This document shows, one piece after another, positions 24,493-35,748 of a DNA stretch of 64,000 nucleotides. The DNA comes from Mobula hypostoma. Its lineage: Eukaryota. The first letter of the stretch is position 1. The number at the start of each line of letters is the position of its first letter. The translations under genes and the position numbers were made by a program. The stretch is from contig NC_086097.1 in NCBI RefSeq assembly GCF_963921235.1, positions 83,144,001 through 83,208,000 of the forward strand, given 5' to 3'. Below the pieces are notes generated by a model, which was not told where the DNA came from, did no database searches, and was given only the letters and a program-made list of their open reading frames with translations.

Positions 24493-25714
24493 CAAATATA
24501 TCGTATTAACTCTAAAGTGATTCTGGATGTCTTGAGGCCATGAAAAAACTTTATAGGAATACAAGGCCTTGTAGTTGCAGTTAGATTTACAGTGATAAAA
24601 TAAACAAATGTATTGTGCTGGTTAACAAAGTTACCTTTTCTAATTGGGTTGTAAATCACAATTGAAATGCAAGCAAGGATCAAGCTATGCATTCTTTGAT
24701 GCATATGCCAGTAGAAGTTTTGCAGAAGCATGTTCATAGAACATAACAATTCCCCCTGAAGCTAGACATTCTTCAGTTCGCCCCCATCATCCCTTGATGG
24801 ATTTTACTCACCTTTTTACAGTAAGTCAATAAGCTTTCCAGCTGTCAGGTTCAAATGGTTTCTGTGTTCAGAGGCATTTTTTATTATTGCATGCTCTTCT
24901 GAAGGATTGATTCCCAGTGTTACTGATTTGACCCACCTGGCGATGACCTTTCTTATTGCAACCTTAATTTATTTGTTTCTGAGTTGAAATGTTTTTAGAT
25001 TTAAGCTGCAGAGAATAACAGAACATGGATGAAAGAAAATGCCAATATCCCTGTCTAGACTAGACTTTGAGATGACAATAGAGAGTAGGGAGTATCCTCT
25101 AATAGCAATTGTGTGATATGTACTTCTCTGAAGGTACATAATAGATTGAATGACTAAACTGGATTACTTAAACAGAGTGGAATGTGTAGCACAGCCTGCA
25201 TCTTTTTCAGAAAATATCCATTTAACCCCACTTGCCATTTCCCCATGGCTATGTAATTTTCTTCTTTTTTTTAGTACAATTAAAAAGGAAAAGCTAAAGA
25301 TTTGATGTGATTAACACGGCATCATGAAACATTTTTTTAAAAATTCTGGTAGCTCTAATAAGTCTCGAGGTTGGGGGGATGTCCAGAATAAATGTGAAAT
25401 GTTACGTGATAGCAGATGGAGTAGAAGATCTGTTAAGACTGACTATAGTTTTAACTATTTTTGTTAAAACAATTAACTGAAATCCAAATGCCCACTTCCT
25501 TGTCTCTGGTCTTCTGCTTATATTATAAAATTCTCAATTCATACATCAAACATAAGAAGTACTGATCCTTATGGCACCTCATTCGTGATGGTTTCTGATT
25601 ATTTGAGTTTTTTCTGCCATTCAGTATGATTATTAGATAACGCTATATCATTTTGCTATACAATTGTGTCTCTCAGGAATCCCTAATATACATGCTCATT
25701 GCCTGAGAATTTGG

Positions 25715-26060
25715 AAGGCACACTGGCACTGCCAGTGGAGCAGCTGCCTTGGACTCTGTCTGGAGTTTGCACATTCTCTGTATGTGACGTACTCCAGTTT
25801 CCTTTAACTGCCCAAAACTATGTAGATTGGTAGGTTAATTAACTTTTACAGATTTCCACTAGTGTGACCATTAGAATATATTGAGGGAAGGGGGCTGGTG
25901 GGAGTTGCTGGTGAGAATGGGGCTGGTATTGATGAGAAAATAAGGAGAAAATTTTGAAAAATGGGAATAATGTAGGATTAGTGTAAATGGATGACCCATG
26001 GTCAGTACAAATGTGCGGCATGAACGGCCTGTTTCTGTACTGTATGGTGCTTGACTGTAG
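25715..26060 (+). mobile_element. HE1/V-SINE-like SINE, degenerate
   Basis: GGAGTTTGCACATTCTC..., GGTAGGTTAATT, and the CR1-like tail GGCCTGTTTCTGTACTGTATG. Confidence 0.65.
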
Positions 26061-26421
26061 TGAAAAATTATTTATATCTCATTCTTAATGACTCCTCCCT
26101 TATCCAGATACAATGATCTTCCAATACAGGGTCTCCTGTTGGAGAAAAAAATCTTATAACATCTGTTAATCATGCTCAGAGAATCGTATTTATCAATGTA
26201 ATTACCAATCATTCCTCCAAATTCAACTGAGTATTGGTCCATTTACTTGATTTGTTCGACAAAGGACAATTCCCATATCCTGCATATCATTTGTTGTAGC
26301 TGTGTGATGTTATCCCCAAGGCCAGATTCTACCCTTTTGTAAACCGAAACTCTACAGTGTAGTCTAACGGCTGTGTTACTAAGACCCTGTATGAATGCAA
26401 ATCAACTCTTTATCCAACCAC

Positions 26422-27027
26422 GAGGAAATCTGCAGATGCTGGCATTTCAAGCAACACACATAAAAGTTGCTGGTGAACGCAGCAGGCCAGGCAGCATCTC
26501 TAGGAAGAGGTACAGGCGACGTTTCGGGCCAAGACCCTTCGTCAGGACTAACTGAAAGAAGAGCTAGTAAGAGATTTGAAAGTGGGAGGGAGAGGGGGAG
26601 ATCCAAAATGATAGGAGAAGACAGGAGGGGAAGGGATGGAGCCAAGAGCTGGACAATTGATTGGCAAAAGGGATATGAGAGGATCATGGGACAGGAGACA
26701 TAGGGAGAAAGAAAGGGGGAAGCCCAGAGGAGGGGCAAGGAGTATAGTGAGAGGGACAGAGGGAGAAGAAGGAGAGAGAGAAAAAGAATAGATATATAAT
26801 AATAAATAAATAACAGATGGGGTATGAGGGGGAGGTGGGGCATTAATGGAAGTTAGAAAAGTCAATGTTCATGCCATCAGGTTGGAGGCTACCCAGACGG
26901 AATATAAGGTGTTGTTCCTCCAACCTGAGTGTGGCTTCATCTTGATAGTAGAGGAGGCTGTGGATTGACTTATCAGAATGGGAATGGGACATGGAATTAA
27001 AATGTGTGGCCACTGGGAGATTGGCCA
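26422..27027 (-). mobile_element. 5'-truncated Penelope-like element: GIY-YIG endonuclease C-terminus plus terminal repeat with hammerhead; 14-bp TSD
   Basis: ORF 26843..27073 ends NLPVATHFNSMSHSHSD...LRLEEQHLIFRLGSLQPDGMNIDFSNF, typical of PLE endonuclease ends. CTTTATCCAACCAC flanks it at 26408-26421 and 27028-27041. Confidence 0.9.
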
Positions 27028-27418
27028 CTTTATCCAACCACCTTGTACAGAAAGAAATCTCTTGATTTATCATCTGGATAGCTAACTAAACACATGTTAA
27101 ATTTCTGCACTTTGTATACCAAATACTAAGATTCCATTACATATATCATTGCTTACCAATGTCTTTGCATTTAAATGGTATATTTTTGTTATCTTTCAAA
27201 AAAAATCTGTAATTTCCAGACATTACACCTTCTATTAAACATGTTTCAGTATGTTTATAACACTAGAAAACTCTTCCTGTCTCCTTTGCAGTTTATTTTC
27301 TCATCAGTGTTGGGTCTACATTCTGTACATAGTAACAAGCTCCCATAGTGCTACTAAATTCACATGCTTAATTTACATACAAATGTTCAGTTTTACAAAC
27401 AACAGAACTAGTTTTTTT

Positions 27419-27554
27419 CTCCCACTTTCAAATCTCTTACTAACTCTTCCTTCCGTTAGTCCTGACGAAGGGTCTCGGCCTGAAACGTCGACTGTGCCTC
27501 TTCCTAGAGATGCTGCCTGGCCTGCTGCGTTCACCAGCAACTTTGACGTGTGTT
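27419..27554 (+). mobile_element. 136-bp Penelope terminal-repeat insertion with 12-bp TSD
   Basis: ACTAGTTTTTTT flanks it at 27407-27418 and 27555-27566. Near-identical to the reverse complement of about 26453-26588. Confidence 0.85.
27457..27494 (+). ncRNA. Minimal type I hammerhead ribozyme motif (best-preserved copy)
   Basis: Layout: TAGTC (stem I), CTGACGA, AGG-gtctcgg-CCT (stem II), GAAA, CGTC (loopless palindromic stem III with GUC site), GACTG (stem I'). Activity not tested. Confidence 0.8.
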
Positions 27555-28299
27555 ACTAGTTTTTTTTTTCTCTCTGCACTTTTACTGATGTTCTTATCAG
27601 TCTTCTGTTATTTTTATGCCATTCATTACAATGCTGTGGAGGTATGTTTACCAGATTGAGTGATTTTTCGACAAAATCAATTTATGGACATCTGCAAAAA
27701 TGGGACCTGTTTGTTACCCAGGGATGGCATGTAGATTTGACTAGTTGAGACTGGAGTACTGATCTGGAATATATGCATGAAAATATCGGATGGAAGATGA
27801 GTTCAACTATGGTATCTCCACCTGCCATCAAGCAGCCAGATGCCATTCACACACAACCAGTTGAAAAAGGAAAGGAATATATACTTAGGAAGCAGTATCC
27901 CAGCAGGGAGTCATGCTATTAAAGGCAACAGTAGTCAGGGGTGGAATTGTTCTGTGTGGAAAGAAAAGGAATGTGATATCATTCACATCATTTTAAGATG
28001 TTTGTCCATTCTGCTTTATCAATGGGCTGAGGAAAATTACAGATTTGAATGGTGATCCCACAATTTATTGCAGTATCTTTTAATTTCCATTACATGAGAA
28101 TGTGGCAATGGTGGTCAGAAAAACATTGTCATAGCCCACAGGTAAGTGGCAAGATTGATGGGAAAACACATGCTTATCATATTGTATATTTATATAACAT
28201 GGTGTGTTGTTCCTTTCCACACCTTGTGGTGCATCAGGCAGCAATCTTGCTATTTCTTTAGCATTTTTGACTGTTTTGCTAACTCAACGCATTAACTTA

Positions 28300-28392
28300 A
28301 CAAGGATGGAAAGCATGCAAGGAGACGGCTGGATTTGAACCTGAAAGCTCTTGCCTCAGAGTCCAGTGCGGATGCCACTACACCACCAGCAG
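28300..28392 (-). mobile_element. tRNA-derived SINE head; a related copy lies at 39395-39482 (+)
   Basis: A-box TGGTGTAGTGG and B-box GGTTCAAATCC on the minus strand, without a complete cloverleaf. Confidence 0.6.
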
Positions 28393-28484
28393 GATATTTA
28401 ATGTGGCACATGCATTTTATTTTGAACATGACCTGAATGGCAAAAGTAGAGTTGATGTTAAAACCAAATAGATTTATATAAATG

Positions 28485-28890
28485 GAGTTCTTCGTTGTCC
28501 ATCGAGATCCGATGACAACATCCACTCCTTTAACAGTGAGATCTTTGATGACTACATAGTCCTATCCTGGACCCACAAGCTCTATTGCAGGTGGGACATG
28601 TATATGTAGTAGTGGTGGCAACCATGGCTGCATTTCCCCTGGCTCTATTCTGCTGTCTTCTGGTTGTTCTTTCCATCTCCAGAATATGAACCCCGTCCCT
28701 ACACAGCTTTCTCCAAGTGGTACGATCAACAACAATATCCTCCGGGTCCTCGGGTCTGATCTTGCACTTCCTTAAAGCATTCTTCATCTGATCCTTATAG
28801 CGCTGCTTCGGCCTTCCTGCTGAGCGTCAACCATGATGTAGCTGGCCGTATAACACTCTGCAGAGTAGCCGATATGGGGGCATCCTGGGG
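28485..28890 (-). mobile_element. RTE-clade LINE 3' end
   Basis: GRPKQRYKDQMKNALRKCKI...DRTTWRKLC...YTCPTCNRACGSRIGLCSHQRSHC*: an RTE C-terminus with a C2H2-like motif. Confidence 0.85.
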
Positions 28891-29404
28891 TAGACCAACA
28901 ATTTTTATATGGTATAGAATACCTGGGAACACTAACAGCCTTCAGTTACTGCATGCATAAGAAAAGTTTTTCGCTATACTTCAGTGCAAGTGACAATGAT
29001 AAACCATGAGCATTTACCAATTTATTCTTGCTAGCCTTCTACAAGTAGGATAAAGATATATCATGGCACTTCCTTAAGTTGGATTTCATTGTAATATGAC
29101 TTTCAGATTTTTTTTTCAGTAATTCAACTGCCAAAACATTTAACATTACTTAAGAGTGAGCAAGGAATCACACAGTCATTAGTAACATAAATATTTCTTT
29201 TCCAAAATCTGCATTTCTTGCCTTTGTAAAAGCCGGTATTATACTGCTTTAATTTTCTGTCATCAATATCAAGGAGTTCATTGGATTCTGGTTAATTGGG
29301 CCATCAGTAAACTGGGACAGCCACTTATTTGGGACAACTCCTCAAGGTCAAAAACAAAATGAGAAAGTTGCTGGGATTCCCATCATTTATTTGAGACACT
29401 ATGC

Positions 29405-32400
29405 CATAAGATTAGGAGCAGAATGAGACCATTTGGCCAATCGAATCTGCTCTGCCATTTCATCAGTGTTGTTCCAATTTTCTTCTCAGCCCCAGCCTCT
29501 GACCATATCCTTTCATGCCCTGACAATCAAGAATTTATCATCCTCTGCTTTAAGTATACATAAAGACTTGGCCTCCACAACTGCCTGTGGCAAAGAATTC
29601 CACAGATACACCACTTTCCAGCTAAAGGAATCCTCCCCATCAATTCTGAAAGGAGGCCCCTCTATTCTGAGGCTGCGTCCTCTGGTCCTAGACTCTCCCG
29701 CCATAGGAAACATCTTCTCCACATCCATTCTAACAAGACCTTTCACCATTCAATGGGTTTCAACGAGGTCACCCCTCATTCCTGTAAACTCCAGTGAGTA
29801 TAGGCCCAGAGCCATCAAATGTTCTTCATATGACAAACCATTCAATCATTGAATCATTTTTGTGAACCTCCTTTGAACCCTCTCCAGTTTCAGTGTATCC
29901 TTTCTAAGATAAAGGGGCCCAAACTGCTCACAATACTCCCAAGTGAGGCCTCGCCAGTGCTTTATAAAGTCTCAACATTACATCCTTGCTTTTATATTCT
30001 AGTCGTCTTGAAATGAATGCTAATGTCGCAGTTGCCTTCCTCACACAGACTCAACCTGTAAATTAACCTTTAGGGAATCCTGCACAAGGACTCTCAAGTC
30101 CCTCTGCACCACAGTTTTTGTATTTTCTCTTAACTTAAAAAGTAGTCAACCCTTTCATTGCTTCTACCAAAATGCATGACCATACAGTCCCAACACTGTA
30201 TTCCATCTGTCATTTCTTTGCCCATTTTCCTAATCTGTCTAAGTCCTTCTGTAGCCTCTCTACTTTCTCAAAACTACCTGCCCCTCCACCTACCCTCATA
30301 TCGTCTGCAAACTTTGCAACAAAGCCATCAATTTCATCACCCAAATCATTCACATAAAACGTAAAAAGAATTGGTCCCAACACACACCCATGTGGAGCAC
30401 CACTAATCACTGGCAGCTAACCAGAAAAGACTCCCTTTATTCCCACTCTTTACCTCCTGCCAATCAGCCACTGTTTTATCTGTGCTAGAATCTGTCCTGT
30501 AATACCATGGGGTCATAGCTTCTTAAGCAGCGTCATGTGTGGCACCTTGTCAAAGGTTTCTGACAATCCAAGTATGCATCATCAACCAATTCTATTTTGT
30601 CCATCCTGCTTGTTATTTCTTCAAAGAATTCCTACAGATTTGTTAGGCAAAATTTTCCCTTGAGGTAACCGTGTTGACTACAGCTATTTTATCATGTGCC
30701 TCCAAGTACCCTGAGACCTCATCTTTAATAATTGACTCCAACATCTTTCCAACCACTGAAGTCAGGCTAACTGACCTATAGTTTCCTTTCTTCTACTTCT
30801 CTCCCTTCTTGGAGTGGAGTGACATTTGCAATTTTCCAGTCTTCTGGGACCATTTCCAGAATCTAGTAATTCTTTGAAGATCATTACTGATGCCTCCACA
30901 ATCTCTTCAGCCACCTCTTTTGGAACACTGGAATGTACACCATCTCATCTAGGTGACTTAGGTACTTAAGACCTTTCAGTTTCCCAAGAACCTTCTCTCT
31001 AGCTAAGGTAACTTCACACACTCAATGACCCCTGACACCTGGAACTTCCTCCATACTGCTAATGTCTTCCACAGTGAAGACTGATGCAAAACACTTACTC
31101 AAAGTTTGTCCGCCATTTCGTTGTCCTGTCATGGTCCGGATCAGGGTCCCTTTAAATTTACCTTGTTTATGTTACGATCTGGACCGTTGATTCCCTGTTT
31201 TCCCGTGTCCCTCGACTTTGGTGATTAGAGGCAATTAACACTCGGCCAAACCGGTAGTTTATAGTCTCCAGCTTTCAGCCGTTCGATGCGAGAGCGTCTG
31301 CAAAGTCATCAAAGGTACGGTGTGCCGATGTCATCTGGCCGGAGCAAGCCTAGTCTCTGTCGGAGCGTGTGCCAGTAATTTGCCCTTCCTCACCGGAGCA
31401 ACCCTGTCTAGTTACCTCGCCAAAGCGAGCCTGCAAAGTTTCCTCACCGAGGTGGGTCCGTCAGTTAACCCGCCAGAGGGAATCAAGAACCGCTGTCTAC
31501 TGTTCCTGGGTCGAGTCGAGAGCTCGCCACTACCCGGAGGTTCCAAATCAAGTCCTGGCCCTGGCGGCATTCAAGTTCCAGCCCTGGCGGCATTCAAGTT
31601 CCAAGTCAAGTCCTGGCCCTGGCAGTCTGTGATTCCTGTCCTACCCCCTTGTCTGCACTCGAGCTCCAAGTCAAGTCCTGGCCCTGGCGGCAGTCGAGCT
31701 CCAAGTCAAGTCCTGACCCTGGCGGGATTCGAGCACCAAATCAAGTCCTGGCCCTGGCGGCATTCGAGCACCAAGTCAAGTCCTGGCCCTGGCAGCTTCC
31801 CAGTTCTGAGTCAAGTCCTGGCCCTGGCGGTCTGTGATTCCTGTCCTACCCCCTTGTCTGAATCCCTTCTGTGGCCCCACTCACCTCCAGCCCTTGTATG
31901 CAGCCCCCGCCTGCACTTCGGTCTAGTTCCATCGCCGGAGCTAGATAGGTACTGTCTGGTGTTCATTCGTGTTGGTCTTGTCTTGTCTTGTCCTCGCCTC
32001 TGTGGGGTAAGTCAGGCCGCCTTGCCGTTGCTCCACGGGGGGGTCATGTCTTGTCTTGTTTGGTCCTCGCCTCCGTGGGGGTAAGTCTGGCCATCTTGCT
32101 GTTGCCCCGCGGGGAGTCATGTCTTGTCTTGTCTTGTCCTCGCCTCCATGGGGTAAGTCAGGTCGTCTTGCAGTTGCCCCGTGGGGGGGTCATGTCTTGT
32201 CCTCGCCTCCGTGTGGTAAGTCAGGCCGTCTTGCCGTTGCCCCACGGAGGGTCATGAGTCCCGGCCCTATGTCCTGTACCCAAGGTGGGGTCCCGGCTCT
32301 CTGTTCTGTGTGTGAGTCCCGGCCCTATGTCCTGTACCCAAGGAGGGGTCCCGACTCTGTGTTCTGTGTATGTGTCCATGGTTCCATGTACCTGCTCTCC

Positions 32401-33323
32401 CGAGACCGAGGCTCTGTTTTCCCATGTTCCTCCTCTCCCTCGCCCATGTCATGTCCTTGCCTGGTTCTGGGGTCCAAGCCCCAGGCAAGACCCAGGTACT
32501 GGGTCCTTGCCCAATCTCTGGCTCGGAGTCCATACCCTAGCCTCTTCGTGTCTCCTCTAGTTCTGGGAGCCGATTCCGAGTCCTAGCCCAGACCCTTGGT
32601 CCCAGCCTAGTCGTAGTCCTGAGTCCTTGTCCTGTTCGCTACTCCTGCTCCTGCCTTGCTCTCCTGGTATCGAACAATAAACTAAATCTAAGTAACCTCA
32701 CAAGATGTGTCTTGCATTTGGGTCCACCTTTGCTCCCAATGCCCGCCATTGTGACATGTCCCCTAATACTACCTTTCCAGCATTGTTTTTCCAGTGGTGC
32801 AATATCCATTCTTGCTGCTTGTTTGCACTTTATGTATCTGAAGAAACTTTTGGTATCCTCTTTAATGTTATTGGGTAGCCTACTTTCATATTCCATCTTT
32901 ACCTTAATGACTTTTTTAGTTGCCTTATGTTAGTTTTTAAAAGCTTTCTAAACCTCGAACTTCTCACTGATTTTTGCTTTATTATATGCCCTCTCTTTTG
33001 TTGGCTTTGACTTGTTAGCCATGGCTATGTCATCTTTCCTTTAGAATACTTCTTCCTCTTTAGGATGTATATATCCTGTGCCTTCTGAATTGCTTCCAGA
33101 AATTCCAACCTTTGCTGCTCTGCTATCAACCCTGGCAGTGTTCTTTTCCAATCAATTCTGGCCAACTCCTCTCTCATGCCTCTGTAATTCCCTTTACTCC
33201 ACTGTAATATTGATACATCTGACTTTAGCTTCTCCTTCTCAGATTTCAGGGTGAATTCGATCATATTATGATCACTTGCCCCTAAAGTTCTTTTCCTTTA
33301 AGCTCTCTAATCAATTCTGTTTC
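29405..33323 (-). mobile_element. 5'-truncated CR1 (ORF2 part), itself interrupted by a solo LTR
   Basis: MIEFTLKSEKEKLKSD, KEDTKSFFRYIK, GAPHGCVLGPILF...AKFADD and MFPMAGESRTRG. TSD AGACACTATGC (29394-29404) and AGATACTATGC (33324-33334). Confidence 0.9.
31127..32756 (+). mobile_element. 1630-bp solo LTR (Gypsy or BEL type) rich in internal tandem repeats
   Basis: TGTCA...TGACA termini with the 5-bp TSD TGTCC (31122-31126, 32757-32761). AATAAA near 32676. The CR1 sequence rejoins across it. Confidence 0.85.
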
Positions 33324-34039
33324 AGATACTATGCTGTTTCACTTGGGCAGGAGACTGTTGCTGAACAGTTTCTAATTAGCATCAATCACACACACTTGTG
33401 AGGCCATTAGATGTTACACCACGCTTGGAGCGAACGGCTTTTAAATGGCATCAGCTGCATGTGTTTGTGTTCAAAAAAGTAGTGATTTTTGTCACTGATA
33501 ATTTGGAATCATCTTTCTGCTCATTTCTCACTGTTTTCAAACATTCAGTCTTGGAGGTGCCAGAAATGGCAGGGGATGAAAATGAAATGACTTCATGAAT
33601 TCAGCAAGTTAGGAACTATGAAGAACTTGAAGGTTGTAATTGAAGTGAAGATTTGGAGGATGCAGTTGTCATAGCATTATCTGAAGGCAGTCGATTATCT
33701 GCTCTAGGTGTCTGCTTTGATCTTATTCATTGCCTACTCTGGATGAATTCTTCCATTGATAACTTTTCAGGACTAATACAGTTTTATAGTACTGTAGTAG
33801 TATTGATTGTATTCTGATTTGTTCTGTATTTTATTTGAATACATAATTTGTTACTCAGTTTGTCCTTTTTTACGTAGGTTTTTAACTATTTCTGTGAAAC
33901 TTGAGCTAATCAGGGCTGCTGCCTTATTGAGCCAGAATGTATTGGTCATGATGTGTCCCAATTAACTGGAATCCACTGTATTAGAATTTATAAGTGCACA
34001 GTTAAGTTTGTGACTTAGCATGTTGGACAGCAGAATATG

Positions 34040-34470
34040 GGTGTGGTAGCGTAATGGTTAGTGCAACACTATTAAAGCTTGGGACATTTTAGAGTTTAAT
34101 TCCGGCGTGGTCTGCAAGGAGTTGGTATGTTCTCTCTGAGTATTGTGTGGGCTTCCTCCAGGTGCTCCAATCTCCTCCCATGGTCCAAAGATGTACCAGC
34201 TAGTAGGTTAATTGATCATTGTAAGTTGTCCTGTGATTAGGTTAGTGGCACAGTAGTGTAGTGGTTAGCACAACGCTTTACAGTACCAGCGATCCGGGCT
34301 CATTTCCTGCCACTGCCTTTAAGGAGTTTGACCACATGGCTTTCCTCCGGGTGCTGCAGTTTCCTCCCACAGTGCAAAGACCTACTGATTGGTAGGTTAA
34401 TTTGTCATTGTAAATTGTTTAAACTGGGGGGTTGCTGGGCAGTCCGGCTTGACAAGCCAGAAGGACTCAA
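34040..34470 (+). mobile_element. Two tandem HE1/V-SINE-like SINEs
   Basis: Heads GGTAGCGTAATGGTTAG (about 34045) and GTAGTGTAGTGGTTAGCAC (about 34253), each followed by the GGGTGCTCC..TTCCTCCCAC..CCAAAGA-type body. Confidence 0.8.
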
Positions 34471-34475
34471 TAAAT

Positions 34476-35748
34476 CAATCACTGTGTCGCTGGGCAGTGA
34501 GGGCAGCTCTGCACTGTAACTCAAATAGATCACTGTGTCACTGGGCAGTGAGGGCAGCTCTACACTGTAACTCAAATAGATCACTGTGTCACTGGGCAGT
34601 GAGGGCAGCTCTACACTGTAACTCAATAAATAGATCACTGTGTCGCTGGGCAGTGAGGGCAGTTCTGCACTGTAACTCAATAAATAGATCACTGTGTCGC
34701 TGGGCAGTGAGGGCAGCTCTACACTGTAACTCAATAAATAGATCACTGTCACTGGGCAGTGAGGGCAGCTCTACACTGTAACTCAATAAATAGATCACTG
34801 TCACTGGGCAGTGAGGGCAGCTCTACACTGTAACTCAATAAATAGATCACTGTCACTGGGCAGTGAGGGCAGCTCTACACTGTAACTCAATAAATAGATC
34901 ACTGTGTCACTGGGCAGTGAGGGCAGCTCTACACTGTAACTCAATAAATAGATCACTGTCACTGGGCAGTGAGGGCAGCTCTACACTGTAACTCAATAAA
35001 TAGATCACTGTCACTGGGCAGTGAGGGCAGCTCTACACTGTAACTCAATAAATAGATCACTGTGTCGCTGGGCAGTGAGGGCAGCTCTACACTGTAACTC
35101 AATAAATAGATCACTGTCACTGGGCAGTGAGGGCAGCTCTGCACTGTAACTCAATAAATAGATCACTGTGTCGCTGGGCAGTGAGGGCAGCTCTACACTG
35201 TAACTCAATAAATAGATCACTGTGTCGCTGGGCAGTGAGGGCAGTTCTGCACTGTAACTCAAATAGATCACTGTGTCGCTGGGCAGTGAGGGCAGCTCTG
35301 CACTGTAACTCAAATAGATCACTGTGTCGCTGGGCAGTGAGGGCAGTTCTGCACTGTAACTCAATAAATAGATCACTGTGTCGCTGGGCAGTGAGGGCAG
35401 TTCTGCACTGTAACTCAAATAGATCACTGTGTCGCTGGGCAGTGAGGGCAGCTCTACACTGTAACTCAATAAATAGATCACTGTGTCGCTGGGCAGTGAG
35501 GGCAGCTCTACACTGTAACTCAATAAATAGATCACTGTGTCACTGGGCAGTGAGGGCAGCTCTACACTGTAACTCAATAAATAGATCACTGTGTCGCTGG
35601 GCAGTGAGGGCAGCTCTACACTGTAACTCAATAAATAGATCACTGTGTCGCTGGGCAGTGAGGGCAGCTCTACACTGTAACTCAATAAATAGATCACTGT
35701 GTCGCTGGGCAGTGAGGGCAGCTCTACACTGTAACTCAATAAATAAAT
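34476..35748. repeat. Minisatellite, about 24 copies of a 51/52/54-bp unit
   Basis: Consensus GATCACTGTGTCGCTGGGCAGTGAGGGCAGCTCTACACTGTAACTCAATAAATA. Variants lose TG or 3 nt of the AATA run. Confidence 0.97.

Larger units (their letters stand above)
29279..33978. mobile_element. pogo/Tigger-like non-autonomous DNA transposon split by a CR1 (parts 29279-29404 and 33324-33978)
   Basis: Left end CATTGGATTCTGGTTAATTGGG matches the right end reverse complement CAGTGGATTCCAGTTAATTGGG; TA follows at 33979. Confidence 0.7.

Noticed and set aside
28300..28392. tRNA gene (also 39395-39482 and the heads near 34045 and 34253)
   Set aside because: A and B boxes are present, but there is no proper acceptor stem or cloverleaf. 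These are better explained as SINE heads.
31320..32586. 254-aa and 176-aa ORFs as host genes
   Set aside because: They lie inside a TSD-flanked solo LTR and merely translate its tandem repeats.
34476..35748. CRISPR-like array, and long repetitive ORFs (242 aa, 216 aa)
   Set aside because: Units are head-to-tail with no unique spacers, there are no cas genes, and the context is eukaryotic. The ORFs arise from 51/54-bp units lacking stops in some frames.
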